Position numbers and translations under genes: made by a program. A DNA stretch of 64,000 nucleotides from a virus, in the IMG/VR virus record IMGVR_UViG_3300043446_004967, positions 1 through 64,000 of that record. One strand, 5' to 3'. A model generated the notes under the pieces. That model was not told where the DNA came from and did not search any database. It was given only the letters and a program-made list of their open reading frames with translations. Positions within the stretch are counted from its first letter, which is position 1. Every line of letters starts with the position of its first letter. Of the stretch, positions 10,149-19,931 are shown one piece after another.

Positions 10149-10791
10149 ACAGCTGCCCAGTCAGAGTACGCCTGAACGGTAAAAGCAGCATCGTCGCTTC
10201 GGGTACGGGACCGGTAAACACGGACGGGTGCCGCGCGATACCCGTGCCGCCTTTATCCGTGCGGGAAGTTCTACGCCCGGTGTCTTTGTTCAGCAGGCTA
10301 TCCAACATGTAGGTGGCCTGTATCGCCGTGGCCGTTTTTATAGGCTGCGGCACGGCGACTAAACCTGCGGCGTCCACGGAGTAGCCCGCGCGGTACTCAA
10401 TGCGAATGCCCGCGCGGCTATGATAGGTTCCGCCGAATAGCGTGATTTTCCCCTGAAGCGCGTCGGTCGTATAATAGTCAGTCGCTAAGGCGGAAACGGC
10501 GCTCCACACAGGGACAAACTCGTAGGAAACTTTAACGATAGGCGCGGGGGACAGTAAAACGGGGGCCTGCTGAAGGCGGAACACCGCAGGTTCGGAGCAA
10601 AGAACCGTAGGGAAATACTCCACCAGCGCGGCGCCGTCGTCCGCGAAACTTCGGCGGCAAAAAGTGCGGACTATTTCCGTGGCGGCGGGGATCAACTGCT
10701 CCGCTAGCAAACTATCGTGAGCCGTAAACGAGGCGGACATGGAACCGAACGCTTTTACGTCTTCGACCGTACAAAAAGAGTAAACAGGCAT
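10141..10791 (-). CDS. Head-tail adaptor (gp6/gp15-like)
   Basis: TVEDVK...IPAATEIVRTFCRRSF...IEYRAGY...VPQPIKTA...LLLPFRR pattern. Confidence 0.8.
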   Translation of the reverse strand: MPVYSFCTVEDVKAFGSMSASFTAHDSLLAEQLIPAATEIVRTFCRRSFADDGAALVEYFPTVLCSEPAVFRLQQAPVLLSPAPIVKVSYEFVPVWSAVSALATDYYTTDALQGKITLFGGTYHSRAGIRIEYRAGYSVDAAGLVAVPQPIKTATAIQATYMLDSLLNKDTGRRTSRTDKGGTGIARHPSVFTGPVPEATMLLLPFRRTLTGQLYG

Positions 10792-10816
10792 AAGCTAATC
10801 CCCTCGCGTGAAGCCG

Positions 10817-11161
10817 CTAGGCGCGCGCCGCACGGATCCTTTTACGCACTTCGGTAAGGCCGTCTTCGTTGTCTGCGGCGCCTGCTCCCGCGTCGCCGTC
10901 GGCGACGTTACCCCTAAACTTCCGAGGCTTTACAGGCTCTTTAGCTTTCTCCGGCTCGACCCATTCGGAGAACCCAAAGAAGGGCTTTTGTCTGATTTCG
11001 CCGTCCGAGTCTATAGAAGGATACGTTAAGTCCTCTAGCTCGCAGGCCAGCTCCTCCCCTACTTTAACGGGAGTATCTTTATAAAAGTTTATCCCTTTAT
11101 AGCTGTAGAATCGACCTTTTATTAGGTGAGCCGCGTAATACGTTTCGTGAGTTTCCGTCAT
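10817..11161 (-). CDS. YqbF-like protein downstream of the capsid gene
   Basis: HLIKGRFYSYKGINF resembles the PBSX/skin YqbF N-terminus; same gene position. Confidence 0.55.
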   Translation of the reverse strand: MTETHETYYAAHLIKGRFYSYKGINFYKDTPVKVGEELACELEDLTYPSIDSDGEIRQKPFFGFSEWVEPEKAKEPVKPRKFRGNVADGDAGAGAADNEDGLTEVRKRIRAARA

Positions 11162-11224
11162 AAGGTGTCCCCTGTGCTTTTAGTTTTTTCGGGCCACAAA
11201 ACTATAGCACAGGGGGTATCCGCC

Positions 11225-12178
11225 TTAGGCGTCAGCGCCGATCATCGTCGCTTTGACCACCATGTCTTCTTCCTCATATTTGTGGTCGATACGCAACGTC
11301 ATCACAATCACAATGGCACGTTCCCGTATTTCGTTCTCCATCGCTAGGGAGATTCTGCGCTGCACGCCGAAGATGATGTTCTTCGGGTTCAACAGGAAGG
11401 CCATCGTGTCGGGGATCAACGCTGCCCCTTTCACATCCACGTTCAGCATTTTCAGCGGAGCGCTGCCCGTCAGGACCGTATCGCCGAGGGTTGTCTGTCT
11501 GCTGGCAATCGCGGACCGCAACGAGATTTCCCGCTGCATGGACGTATAAAACCTAAACTGAGGCAAGAGACGGTGATACCGGGTAGGCAGCCCCTGTAAC
11601 ATACGCTTAAAAACATCAGGGCTAATGGGCGCCCCGCCGACGTTCACAATGTTAGAGGTAGTCCCCGCTACGATGCCGTTTTGCATTGCCAAGTACGGAT
11701 CGGCTGAAGTAATATCCCCGAGAATAATCTTTTCTTCCAAGTCTAACGCCGCCCGCTCCGCCATCATGTCCAGCAAAGTTTGCTGCAAAGCTTCCCGTTC
11801 GATGTTGTCTTCCAGTACCTCAATGGGAATGTTGAGTTCCGCGATGACTTCTTTCGTGCTCAGCGTCACTTTACTGGTGGTCGGCACAGTCCGCTGGGAT
11901 CGGGGCAAGGCGCGTCCGCCTACTTCTCCTAATTCCGGCGTGGAGATCAGACCTTGCGGGGCGGGGTACAGAATACGTTGGCCTAGTCCGAGTTTGTTGA
12001 TCTCCATCGTCGGGCTGTTCATTTGAACGACGCGGACTTCGTTCAACAGGGTGGGCGTGTCCATCATGCGCCGGAAGAAGCGATTCGCCTGCTCAGGAAC
12101 GAGATAGCCGCCGCCACCCGTCAAATCGCTGAGGGCAATGTCGGCTTTTTGCAGTAGAGCTTGGTTTGAGGTAGACAT
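11225..12178 (-). CDS. Major capsid protein (XkdG-like, HK97 fold)
   Basis: NQALLQKADIALSDL.GGGYLVPEQANRF, EVLEDNIERE, LLNPKNIIFGVQRRI. Confidence 0.9.
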   Translation of the reverse strand: MSTSNQALLQKADIALSDLTGGGGYLVPEQANRFFRRMMDTPTLLNEVRVVQMNSPTMEINKLGLGQRILYPAPQGLISTPELGEVGGRALPRSQRTVPTTSKVTLSTKEVIAELNIPIEVLEDNIEREALQQTLLDMMAERAALDLEEKIILGDITSADPYLAMQNGIVAGTTSNIVNVGGAPISPDVFKRMLQGLPTRYHRLLPQFRFYTSMQREISLRSAIASRQTTLGDTVLTGSAPLKMLNVDVKGAALIPDTMAFLLNPKNIIFGVQRRISLAMENEIRERAIVIVMTLRIDHKYEEEDMVVKATMIGADA

Positions 12179-12225
12179 ACCGTTTGTCCTTTATTCTAGG
12201 GGGGAGGGGCGTGGCCTTACGGCAG

Positions 12226-13410
12226 TTACTTTTTAGGGTCAATCAGGGAGATATACCCCAACCGATCTTTGACCCTACGGAAAGCGTCGTCCTCGTCGCT
12301 AAAGAGGCCGGAGTCGGACGAATTTTGTTTCCTTACAAAGTCGGGCGTTTTAGCTTTCTTCTCCGGCACAGAGTTCTCCAGCGCCTTTACCGAGGCTTCC
12401 AGTCCGGAGGCTTTCTCGGCTGCGGCGCCGACAGCCTCCTCAACGGCGGACATCTTTGCGCCTAGCGTTTCTACGGATTTGGCGACGGCGGCGAGCGCGT
12501 CTTTGATCTCTTGCAGTTCTTGCACGGGGGTCTCCGGAGCGAGGGATTGTAAGGGTTGACTCTCAGGGGGGAGGAGGCTTTTCGCCTCCGCGCTACCCTT
12601 GAACAGAGTGTACAGGGAGCCTACAAGTTGGCTAAACTCTGCCAGTATGGCGTTCACGGCGGAGGCCGGGTCGTCCGCGTGCCGATGGGCATTAACTATG
12701 GCGGCGGACATGGCGTCCTCCAGTTCTTCGTAGCCGGGAGGCACCCCGTCCGTCATTCCCGCCAATAGTACTTCAGACAGCTTGTAGCTATTGCTACACT
12801 CCGCGTAGTAGCACCAGTATTTCTTCTCTTTAACAGGGCGGGAAGACGCTTTGCTTGCCGCCGTGCTGTCTGTCGGCGCACTTTCCTGTGGCTTTTCGGG
12901 CGGCTCCGGGGCGTCTTCCGTGGGAATCTCGTCGGACTTTTCCACGGGGTCGGGCACATTGTCCGTCGAGTCATCGGATTCGTTCAGGGCGGCGGGGGCG
13001 TTTTCGTAGACAACGCCGGTCACACCGGCTTCCATCTCGATTTCGCGCAAAACGCCGCCCGTCTGGGCTTCGTTACCCTTTGCAAAGAAAGAATCTTCCT
13101 TTACCTCAATAACGTAGCCCGTCCAGTCGTTGCCGTCTAAGTAGGCGGCTACCTCAGCTTCGGAAGGGAACACTGCTTTAGCAAAACGCAGCCCGTAAAC
13201 CGCGATATTTTGCTCGTTCCTTTTAGCCGCCCTTTCCGGGGCTTCCGGAGCTTTCCTTGGCTTTCGTGCCACGGCGGTCTCCTTACTTAAGGTTTTCAGC
13301 GCGGCGAAAGGGGTTTCGTTCGCTCCGCGATCAACCAAGGAGACGAACAGCGGGGTCGCGTCTTTCAGGTAGTTAACCCGCCGGACTACTTGCCTCACTT
13401 TCTGCTTCAT
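12226..13410 (-). CDS. Capsid scaffold-like protein with an N-terminal protease-type motif
   Basis: Likely ATG at 13410, 4 nt after the protease stop; N-terminal FVSLVDRGAN, acidic/Pro linker, C-terminal coiled coil; upstream of capsid. Confidence 0.65.
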   Translation of the reverse strand: MKQKVRQVVRRVNYLKDATPLFVSLVDRGANETPFAALKTLSKETAVARKPRKAPEAPERAAKRNEQNIAVYGLRFAKAVFPSEAEVAAYLDGNDWTGYVIEVKEDSFFAKGNEAQTGGVLREIEMEAGVTGVVYENAPAALNESDDSTDNVPDPVEKSDEIPTEDAPEPPEKPQESAPTDSTAASKASSRPVKEKKYWCYYAECSNSYKLSEVLLAGMTDGVPPGYEELEDAMSAAIVNAHRHADDPASAVNAILAEFSQLVGSLYTLFKGSAEAKSLLPPESQPLQSLAPETPVQELQEIKDALAAVAKSVETLGAKMSAVEEAVGAAAEKASGLEASVKALENSVPEKKAKTPDFVRKQNSSDSGLFSDEDDAFRRVKDRLGYISLIDPKK

Positions 13411-13414
13411 ACCG

Positions 13415-14032
13415 CTACAACAAAAAATATCTATGCGAGTGGCCGGCGGAGTCTTCCGTCGAGGAGCTGCACGCAATCTCGTGCGTATGCCCGGCGTCTT
13501 CGGACGTATGGCCGCCTACCACTTTTCCATTATTGTCTAGTTTTACATAATACACATGCGAATGTCCATTACTATCTTCGGTTTTTCCAAACATTTGAGA
13601 CATTACGTTTACGGTAACGGGGACTTCCTCCTTATAGGTGTATATTTCCATAGAGTAACCGTTGTACTTCCCCGATTTAATTTCGCGCCACAAAGTGTCG
13701 TCGTGCACTTTTACTGCTAAAACCCACGCGCCTTCAGTAAAGTCAGGGTCGCCCGGCCGGGCAATGAAGGATTCGACTGCCGTAGCCGCCGCCTTTATGT
13801 TGTTATGCTGTGTGTCGATACACTCCGCCTTACCGTGGAGCAGGAATTTATGTGCTAGCTTTTCCAGCTCGTCGGCGGACATGGCGTCCCCGTGAGAATC
13901 CACTACCTCAGGCGCATAAACCTCCCCGTAGACGATCTGCTTTTCGCCGTGTACTTTTTTGAAAATGACCTGCGCAGCGGAAGACGTGTGCTCCGGCAGC
14001 TTCGCTTTAGCAATAAGCTCATGCTTGTTCAT
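13415..14032 (-). CDS. XkdF-like prohead serine protease
   Basis: EKQIVYGEVYAPEVVDSHGD, IDTQH, VESFIA, GAWVLAVKV, IKSGKYNGYSM. Confidence 0.88.
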   Translation of the reverse strand: MNKHELIAKAKLPEHTSSAAQVIFKKVHGEKQIVYGEVYAPEVVDSHGDAMSADELEKLAHKFLLHGKAECIDTQHNNIKAAATAVESFIARPGDPDFTEGAWVLAVKVHDDTLWREIKSGKYNGYSMEIYTYKEEVPVTVNVMSQMFGKTEDSNGHSHVYYVKLDNNGKVVGGHTSEDAGHTHEIACSSSTEDSAGHSHRYFLL

Positions 14033-14047
14033 AGCGTTACCTTATGG

Positions 14048-15748
14048 TTAGGCTGCGGCGGAAAGGCCGGCAGCGTATGAGGAAAGTAATTCCGCCGCCT
14101 CTTTAGCGAGGGGCTTGCCCGGCAAGGTAGGAGCCTCCGCCGCTGCGGCCATTTGTTGAATAAATGTGTCGAGACCCTTAATAACGGTCCCTTTCTTCAC
14201 CATCTCCAGTATGACGGCGAAGGGAGCGTTACCCCAGTCCTCCGAGATACTGGGGACGTCTATCGCCAGTATCTGGTTAGCCAGCCCGATCACGACGTTA
14301 GGCGTCAACGCGCCTTGCCCGCCAAGAGAGTCTACGATTGTGGCAATGGACTCCGGGTCCGACAACGGCGCCCCAAGGGACTTAAACCTCCAGTATTTAG
14401 GGCTATAGGTGGAGAAGATCTTCGTGTTGAGAAACTCATCAAACCGCATACGCTCAGGCAAATACACTTGATTTTCCGCAACCTGCATGGAGGCTATGGC
14501 CGACGCGCGGGTGTAATCCTGCGCCCTTCCTTGGCTAATCGGAGGGAGGCGAAACACGGAGCGTCCTTTCTCCGCGTTCTTGCTGTCGTACTCTTGGAAA
14601 AGTCCTTCTTGCTGTCTTTCCGAAATCATAGGCCGCATATCGATGCGCGGCGCAGGCTGGGAGTGGTCCAGCCCGCCCGCTTGGTCGTCCGCTAAAGCCT
14701 CTATGACAAGGACGCGATTCATCGAGCCTTGTCCCCTGCGGCTGACAATCGACTCTTCTAACGCGGCGAACGACTCCTGCGTTAAGTTACCCCCCGACAC
14801 AAGCACTGCCATTGCCGGAATAGCGTTCTCCCGGAAAAAGTTTAAGTTAACCTCCTCCGCTTCTCTGCTTCCGAGAATGGCGGGCAAAATGCCTACCCAT
14901 TTCGGCACACCGTACAGATGGCCGGGCATGTACTGCGCGTCCATATAGATCTCCGTCGCTTGCTCCTCAAACGGAAGATCCGGATTCACCTCGCCTGTTT
15001 TGGGGTCTATCGTTCGAGGGTCGCCGAACTCTTTAAAGTATACGCGTTCCAGCGTGCCGGGACTAATCTGAACATACCTGCGAAAATACCTAGGGACAGT
15101 GCGCACAAACGGATCACCGTTAGCGTCTACTTGCGTGACCCGCACATACGCCGGCGTAGGGTCCACGCGCGTCATCCTTAACGTAAACATCGGGACATGG
15201 TCGAACAGGACGACTTGTCCTTTCCGATTTCGCGCGACCTCAAATGCCCGGCCCCCTAGGATCTCATAGTCGCTCCTTGACTGTTTTCGCGTCTCGACAA
15301 GCGATCTTGACTGGGAGAACCCCGTAACTACGGACTCCAGCATCTTCATCTCTTTGAGGGCGGCGACGCTTTCTTGCTTCCCTTTCGGCCCTATGTACTC
15401 CCAGATATGCCCGTAACCCTCGATGTTAATAGCCATCGATTCGACGCACGGGCTAAGGATGCTGCTTTGCGCGTAAATATTGATTAGGCGATTGAACGTA
15501 TAAATCGGCTCCTCGATACAGTAAACCATGTCCCCCCCGTAAACGGAGGAGAAAGGATCGCTTAGCTGTTGACTATGCTCCCCTTTCCGTAGTATTCCGT
15601 CTTGGTATACGGTGAGCGGCTCAAGCTCGGAGATTAGCGGGACACGTCCGCCCGTGCGGGGCGCGCGAGCCTTCGCCTCCGTAGGCACGGTTTCGAGTTT
15701 CGGCGCTTGAACGGAGTTGTGCACACGCGGATGTCTTTTTCTAGCCAT
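14048..15748 (-). CDS. Portal protein (PBSX/XkdE-like)
   Basis: VYFKEFGDPR, YGVPKW, NLNFFRENAIPAMAVLVSGG, FRLPP...DYTRASA. Confidence 0.9.
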   Translation of the reverse strand: MARKRHPRVHNSVQAPKLETVPTEAKARAPRTGGRVPLISELEPLTVYQDGILRKGEHSQQLSDPFSSVYGGDMVYCIEEPIYTFNRLINIYAQSSILSPCVESMAINIEGYGHIWEYIGPKGKQESVAALKEMKMLESVVTGFSQSRSLVETRKQSRSDYEILGGRAFEVARNRKGQVVLFDHVPMFTLRMTRVDPTPAYVRVTQVDANGDPFVRTVPRYFRRYVQISPGTLERVYFKEFGDPRTIDPKTGEVNPDLPFEEQATEIYMDAQYMPGHLYGVPKWVGILPAILGSREAEEVNLNFFRENAIPAMAVLVSGGNLTQESFAALEESIVSRRGQGSMNRVLVIEALADDQAGGLDHSQPAPRIDMRPMISERQQEGLFQEYDSKNAEKGRSVFRLPPISQGRAQDYTRASAIASMQVAENQVYLPERMRFDEFLNTKIFSTYSPKYWRFKSLGAPLSDPESIATIVDSLGGQGALTPNVVIGLANQILAIDVPSISEDWGNAPFAVILEMVKKGTVIKGLDTFIQQMAAAAEAPTLPGKPLAKEAAELLSSYAAGLSAAA

Positions 15749-15784
15749 AGTGATCTGCCCGACGACATAAAGTAAATTACCATA

Positions 15785-15812
15785 ACTATATAGTAAAACG
15801 GGTTAACGTCAA
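15785..15812 (-). promoter_or_regulatory. Putative sigma70-like promoter for the head operon
   Basis: TTGACG-N16-TATAGT upstream of the portal start. Confidence 0.45.
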
Positions 15813-15827
15813 TTGTAAGACACATAT

Positions 15828-16436
15828 ATGCTTTCCCCTACGCAGACCGACGACTTTGTTCCCGACGACGAATTAATGAAATTTTTTCATGGCAAAGATT
15901 TGACAGAAAACGTCTTAAGCTCCGCTAGCCGAGAGGCGATTGTGCGCGCTCGACCCGCCTCTCGGGAAGGGGTCCGCGCCGTAGTGGAGGATACGCCGAG
16001 AGGTCGCGTGCTGCGATACCCTCCTGATGAAGACGGTAAAGTGTGCGAGGTGCTTATACCGCAGGAGCGCTTAAAGGAGGTTGATGTTACGGCGCTTCGC
16101 GACACGCTATACGCGCTAATGGCAGTGGCGGCTTGGGAGCCCTTTGTTAGCCTAGGTCTTACCCCCGTACCACAGGAAGACGCTACGGAGGTGGTCGCCA
16201 TTATGCGGGCTATTGCGCGTGAGCACGGCAAGCCCATTTTAGACGGGCCTGATTTGATAGAGCATATTCTAGCCCATGAAGATAAAGAGGCTCCGCTAGG
16301 AAAACGTTATCGAAAAGCAGTGCCCGCGTATCCCGCAGCTTTTGCGAAGTTCAAGGAGGAGCAGCGCGTAAAACGCTTGCTCCGTCGAAGGAAACGACTG
16401 AACCGTGGAAAGAGACGGAGCAAGAAATCCCGTTAA
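15828..16436 (+). CDS. Hypothetical protein with an Arg/Lys-rich C-terminus, opposite strand between portal and terminase
   Basis: 202-aa ORF filling the gap. Confidence 0.65.
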   Translation: MLSPTQTDDFVPDDELMKFFHGKDLTENVLSSASREAIVRARPASREGVRAVVEDTPRGRVLRYPPDEDGKVCEVLIPQERLKEVDVTALRDTLYALMAVAAWEPFVSLGLTPVPQEDATEVVAIMRAIAREHGKPILDGPDLIEHILAHEDKEAPLGKRYRKAVPAYPAAFAKFKEEQRVKRLLRRRKRLNRGKRRSKKSR

Positions 16437-16477
16437 CATTGTTCAGGGGTTCAGGGGGTGGAGCAGCGCGTAAGCCA

Positions 16478-18484
16478 TCATCTTCGGCTAACCACGCGTC
16501 GCAGTGTCACCCTCCTCTTGGTTGCCTTCCTGTTTAAATAGGACACCGCCGTGCGTTCACAGGACCCGTCCTTAATACTTTCCGCTGTGGCGGGGTCGCC
16601 TAGCAGGCGTGTCCGTTCGTCAAAGCTGTAGTCTCTGGCCATGGACCACGACGATTTTCGCGTCATCAGGAAGCTAGTAACACCGCACAGGGCGTCCGCG
16701 ACGTCCTTGCTGGACTGCGGGCGGTGATCCACCTTGATCTTGTTATTCTTAACAACCTGTTCCAGTTCGGAAAGCTCGGTCCGCGCAATAATATGACGTG
16801 GGAGAAGTAGCCGGCCTTCGTACAAAGCATCTCGTAATACGTTGTACGGCTCTATCTTCTCTACGGAGATATATTCGGTCGTGAATCCTTTAGTCTTTAG
16901 GATCTGCCGCGAGTCTACGGACTGGAAGCCGTCAAAGGTTACCCACTTCAAGGGAAGCGCATAGTCGTCTCGCAGGGCAATCAGCAGGGCGCGAATGGAG
17001 GCAAACTCAATCTCTCCCCCGGGAGGAGCCACCACGCGCAGCGCAAAATCTATGGCGATCACCGGCATCCATTCTTGCCGCCTCTTTTCGGTCACGGGAT
17101 CGTAAGACTCAACCATGCGCAGCCCTGCCACATGCCCGACGGCGATCCCGCAAGCGTCCTTTTTGAGCCCTAAGTCTACGTGACACGCACGCGGACTGTC
17201 CACGTCCAGCCGAACATACTCAGTGACGGGGCGAGGCATCCCCAGAGATAAGTCCACGCTTTCTTGTCGAAAGATGTTACGGTAGCCCGCCTTTTCCGCC
17301 GCCTCCATGCACTCGGCGATGCATTCCCTTCTGAGGATAAAAGGCGAGGTGGCGAGCGTCGTTTTGCCGGCAAAGTCTCTGATGGCCCCATCCGTGTTAT
17401 TCTCAAAATCAGTTCGGAAATCCTCGGGCACGTCGATAACTTCGCAGCCCGCCGGCGCCGTTTCTCCCGTAGCTAACACTTTTGACCGGATCGTATCGTT
17501 ACCGATCAGAACCCGAAAAGTCCGGTCGGAGAATGTCCCTTCCGGCTTGACCTCCCACTGTGCATATGAGTATACGTAGATGGAAGGGTCGGCGCCCCCG
17601 CACATGGTAGACTGGGCGGCCTTCAGTTCCGTGAAGTCGTCGGGAAACCGCGACGAGGAGATTAAGTACAGCGTTCCCGGTAATTTCCCTTTTTGCATAA
17701 ACCGGGATTTGCGTCGCTTAGCTAACGTGTCATACAGGGCTTTGGCTTGGTCGAACGACCCGTCCGCGTTGGCTTCGGAAGACTTAGACTCACCGATCTT
17801 CTGCATGAAGTTCATTTCGTCCAAGATGCCGCCCATGACGTTCATGGAGATAGCCCCTGTCGTAGCGGACGACACCGGAACGACGGAGACGTTGTTCCTC
17901 CTGAAGATCATCTCGCTGAGGACTTTTTTGTCGTAAGGATAAATTTTCTCAAAATACGGGGACTTGCGGAGGTACTGCCCTAGCTCGTTGAATACCGCTT
18001 TCTTTGCCGTAGACAGTCGGATCGACTGGATGGTAAAGATAATCGAGGACTTCGACGGCAGGCCGAAAGTGTTTTGCGGGTTACGCATACACGAAAGCTT
18101 ATACAGATCCCGTGAGAGCATCAGGTTCGCCAGCGTAGACTTCCCGATCCCCAAGGCTCCTTTTAGTACGGCTTCCGTATAGATCCCCTTGTCCAACTCA
18201 TGGCACGCCTCGATAATCCTCGGGTAAACCTTACTTTCCTCCACGCCCAGATAGGCGGGGTCGAATAAGAACGTATCGATTGGCACAAGAGGACGCGCGT
18301 AGGCGCATTGCTCTAGCAGTAAGGCAAGATCCCCCGTTCTCGCCGCCGTCTGTATGGCGTCCCCCCATGCCTCCCGCGTTTTACGGTCGGACATTCCCGT
18401 CAGCTCGATGCGTAACTGCTCGATTAGCGCGCGCAGTTCTTCGTCTTCGTCCCACGAAGATCTACTCGTCGTCTTTCTTATCAT
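16478..18484 (-). CDS. Terminase large subunit
   Basis: Walker A GALGIGKS, Walker B GILDEMNF, YLISS, nuclease HVDLG, TFDGFQS, DH..SSKDVADA. Confidence 0.93.
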   Translation of the reverse strand: MIRKTTSRSSWDEDEELRALIEQLRIELTGMSDRKTREAWGDAIQTAARTGDLALLLEQCAYARPLVPIDTFLFDPAYLGVEESKVYPRIIEACHELDKGIYTEAVLKGALGIGKSTLANLMLSRDLYKLSCMRNPQNTFGLPSKSSIIFTIQSIRLSTAKKAVFNELGQYLRKSPYFEKIYPYDKKVLSEMIFRRNNVSVVPVSSATTGAISMNVMGGILDEMNFMQKIGESKSSEANADGSFDQAKALYDTLAKRRKSRFMQKGKLPGTLYLISSSRFPDDFTELKAAQSTMCGGADPSIYVYSYAQWEVKPEGTFSDRTFRVLIGNDTIRSKVLATGETAPAGCEVIDVPEDFRTDFENNTDGAIRDFAGKTTLATSPFILRRECIAECMEAAEKAGYRNIFRQESVDLSLGMPRPVTEYVRLDVDSPRACHVDLGLKKDACGIAVGHVAGLRMVESYDPVTEKRRQEWMPVIAIDFALRVVAPPGGEIEFASIRALLIALRDDYALPLKWVTFDGFQSVDSRQILKTKGFTTEYISVEKIEPYNVLRDALYEGRLLLPRHIIARTELSELEQVVKNNKIKVDHRPQSSKDVADALCGVTSFLMTRKSSWSMARDYSFDERTRLLGDPATAESIKDGSCERTAVSYLNRKATKRRVTLRRVVSRR

Positions 18485-19133
18485 ACGAACTGCCTAGCAC
18501 TTTTTCTGCTATCTGATGCGTTATCATATGTAGCCGGGACGCTTGCGCTTCTTCGGCTTTAATGCCGCGAAGCGTATCACGCACGTCTGCGGGAAACGAG
18601 GCGAAAGAGTCCCCTTCCGACGCTGAGACGCTGCCGCCAAGCCCTTTTATTTTTGCAAGCTTGTCCAGAAATTCCGCCGCCACAAGAAACTCTTTTGCCG
18701 TCGTCGGCAAAAGTTTGCGCATCGTGCGCTCATGAGCTACGTCTATGGATATGCGCTCCTTTTGCAGGCGATACAGTCGGTTTAACTCGGCTTCTACGTC
18801 TACGCCGGGGCGGTTCGCCTCCATGAGGGCATCCAGCGGCGCGTGAGTAGCGTCGGAGGTCAGCAGATGTATATTTTTCGCTCGAAAAGTATTTAACGCA
18901 GCCGAAAAGGTGCGCTCGGAAACGTCGAGCCAACCGTTAGTCGCAAACCATTTAGCGATGTCGGGGACGGACTGCCCTTCCCGCAAACTAAGGACAATCG
19001 CGGAATAGCGCGGGTTCCTCAGTACGATGTTGATCGCCGCCTGATCCTTTCTTTGCTTGTCCGCGTCAGCCGCGCTAGGCGGCGCCTTTTTAAGCGCGGG
19101 TCTTCCTAACGGACGAGAGCTTAGTTTTCGCAT
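18462..19133 (-). CDS. Putative terminase small subunit
   Basis: HTH-like N-terminal half plus helical segment; overlaps the large subunit start. Confidence 0.6.
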   Translation of the reverse strand: MRKLSSRPLGRPALKKAPPSAADADKQRKDQAAINIVLRNPRYSAIVLSLREGQSVPDIAKWFATNGWLDVSERTFSAALNTFRAKNIHLLTSDATHAPLDALMEANRPGVDVEAELNRLYRLQKERISIDVAHERTMRKLLPTTAKEFLVAAEFLDKLAKIKGLGGSVSASEGDSFASFPADVRDTLRGIKAEEAQASRLHMITHQIAEKVLGSSYDKKDDE

Positions 19134-19929
19134 TGCCCGGAACCTCGTTTGTTACCCACTGCTTCACTACGTCCGCCATAGCGCGCCCGTCTTCCGCGCA
19201 TTTCGCTTCAAGGGCCGCCAGCTTCTTTTCCGTTTCGCGGTCGATAGGGATGTAATGGTGCTTCTTGCCTTCAAAGGAGAAGACCAGAAACCCTTTTTCC
19301 ATATCCGTCCCGCCTTCCCGGAAAATTCCGTTTAACACGGCGGATAGATCGTCCACGGATTTAATAGTCTCTTTCGCGTCTTGCAGCTTCTTGCGCTGCG
19401 CCGGCGTCACTGACTTCTCGACGCTCGAGTACAGCTTTTTGAACGCCTGCTCTTTGGTGAATCCCATCTGCGCCTTGATAAGCGCCTCTTCCAGCCCCGC
19501 CCGCTTTAATTTGTCGTACAGGCGCACGAATTTTTCGGGATCCGTCGTACCTCGCAAATTATTCCGGGCCATTCCCTCGATGTCCCGTTTCGTCTCGTCC
19601 CAGTCATGGTGAATTATCGCCGGAAGCTTGGTGAACTTTAGCAGTTTCGCCGCTTTATACCGATGCTCTCCGCTGACCATCGTGTACCAGCCGGCCTTCT
19701 TGGGGTCCGGCGCGACATGCACGGGTTCGTCAAAACCGTCGGTCCTGATTTTTTCTACAAGAAGGTCGAACGTCTTGTCGTCCTGAACGTTAGGGTTCTC
19801 CTCCCATAAGGTAATTTTGTCGATAGGGATGTCGTACACCTTAACGGTGGAGGACATCGGCGCCGGAGGCGTCGCGGGCGCCTTATCCTTAGCGGAAAGC
19901 GCGGCGCGTCTTTTAAGTACGGGAGGCAT
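19090..19929 (-). CDS. ParB/Srx N-terminal domain protein
   Basis: IPIDKI..WEENPN, GFDEPVHV, VSGEHRYKAAK, LPAII. Confidence 0.85.
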   Translation of the reverse strand: MPPVLKRRAALSAKDKAPATPPAPMSSTVKVYDIPIDKITLWEENPNVQDDKTFDLLVEKIRTDGFDEPVHVAPDPKKAGWYTMVSGEHRYKAAKLLKFTKLPAIIHHDWDETKRDIEGMARNNLRGTTDPEKFVRLYDKLKRAGLEEALIKAQMGFTKEQAFKKLYSSVEKSVTPAQRKKLQDAKETIKSVDDLSAVLNGIFREGGTDMEKGFLVFSFEGKKHHYIPIDRETEKKLAALEAKCAEDGRAMADVVKQWVTNEVPGNAKTKLSSVRKTRA

Positions 19930-19931
19930 GA

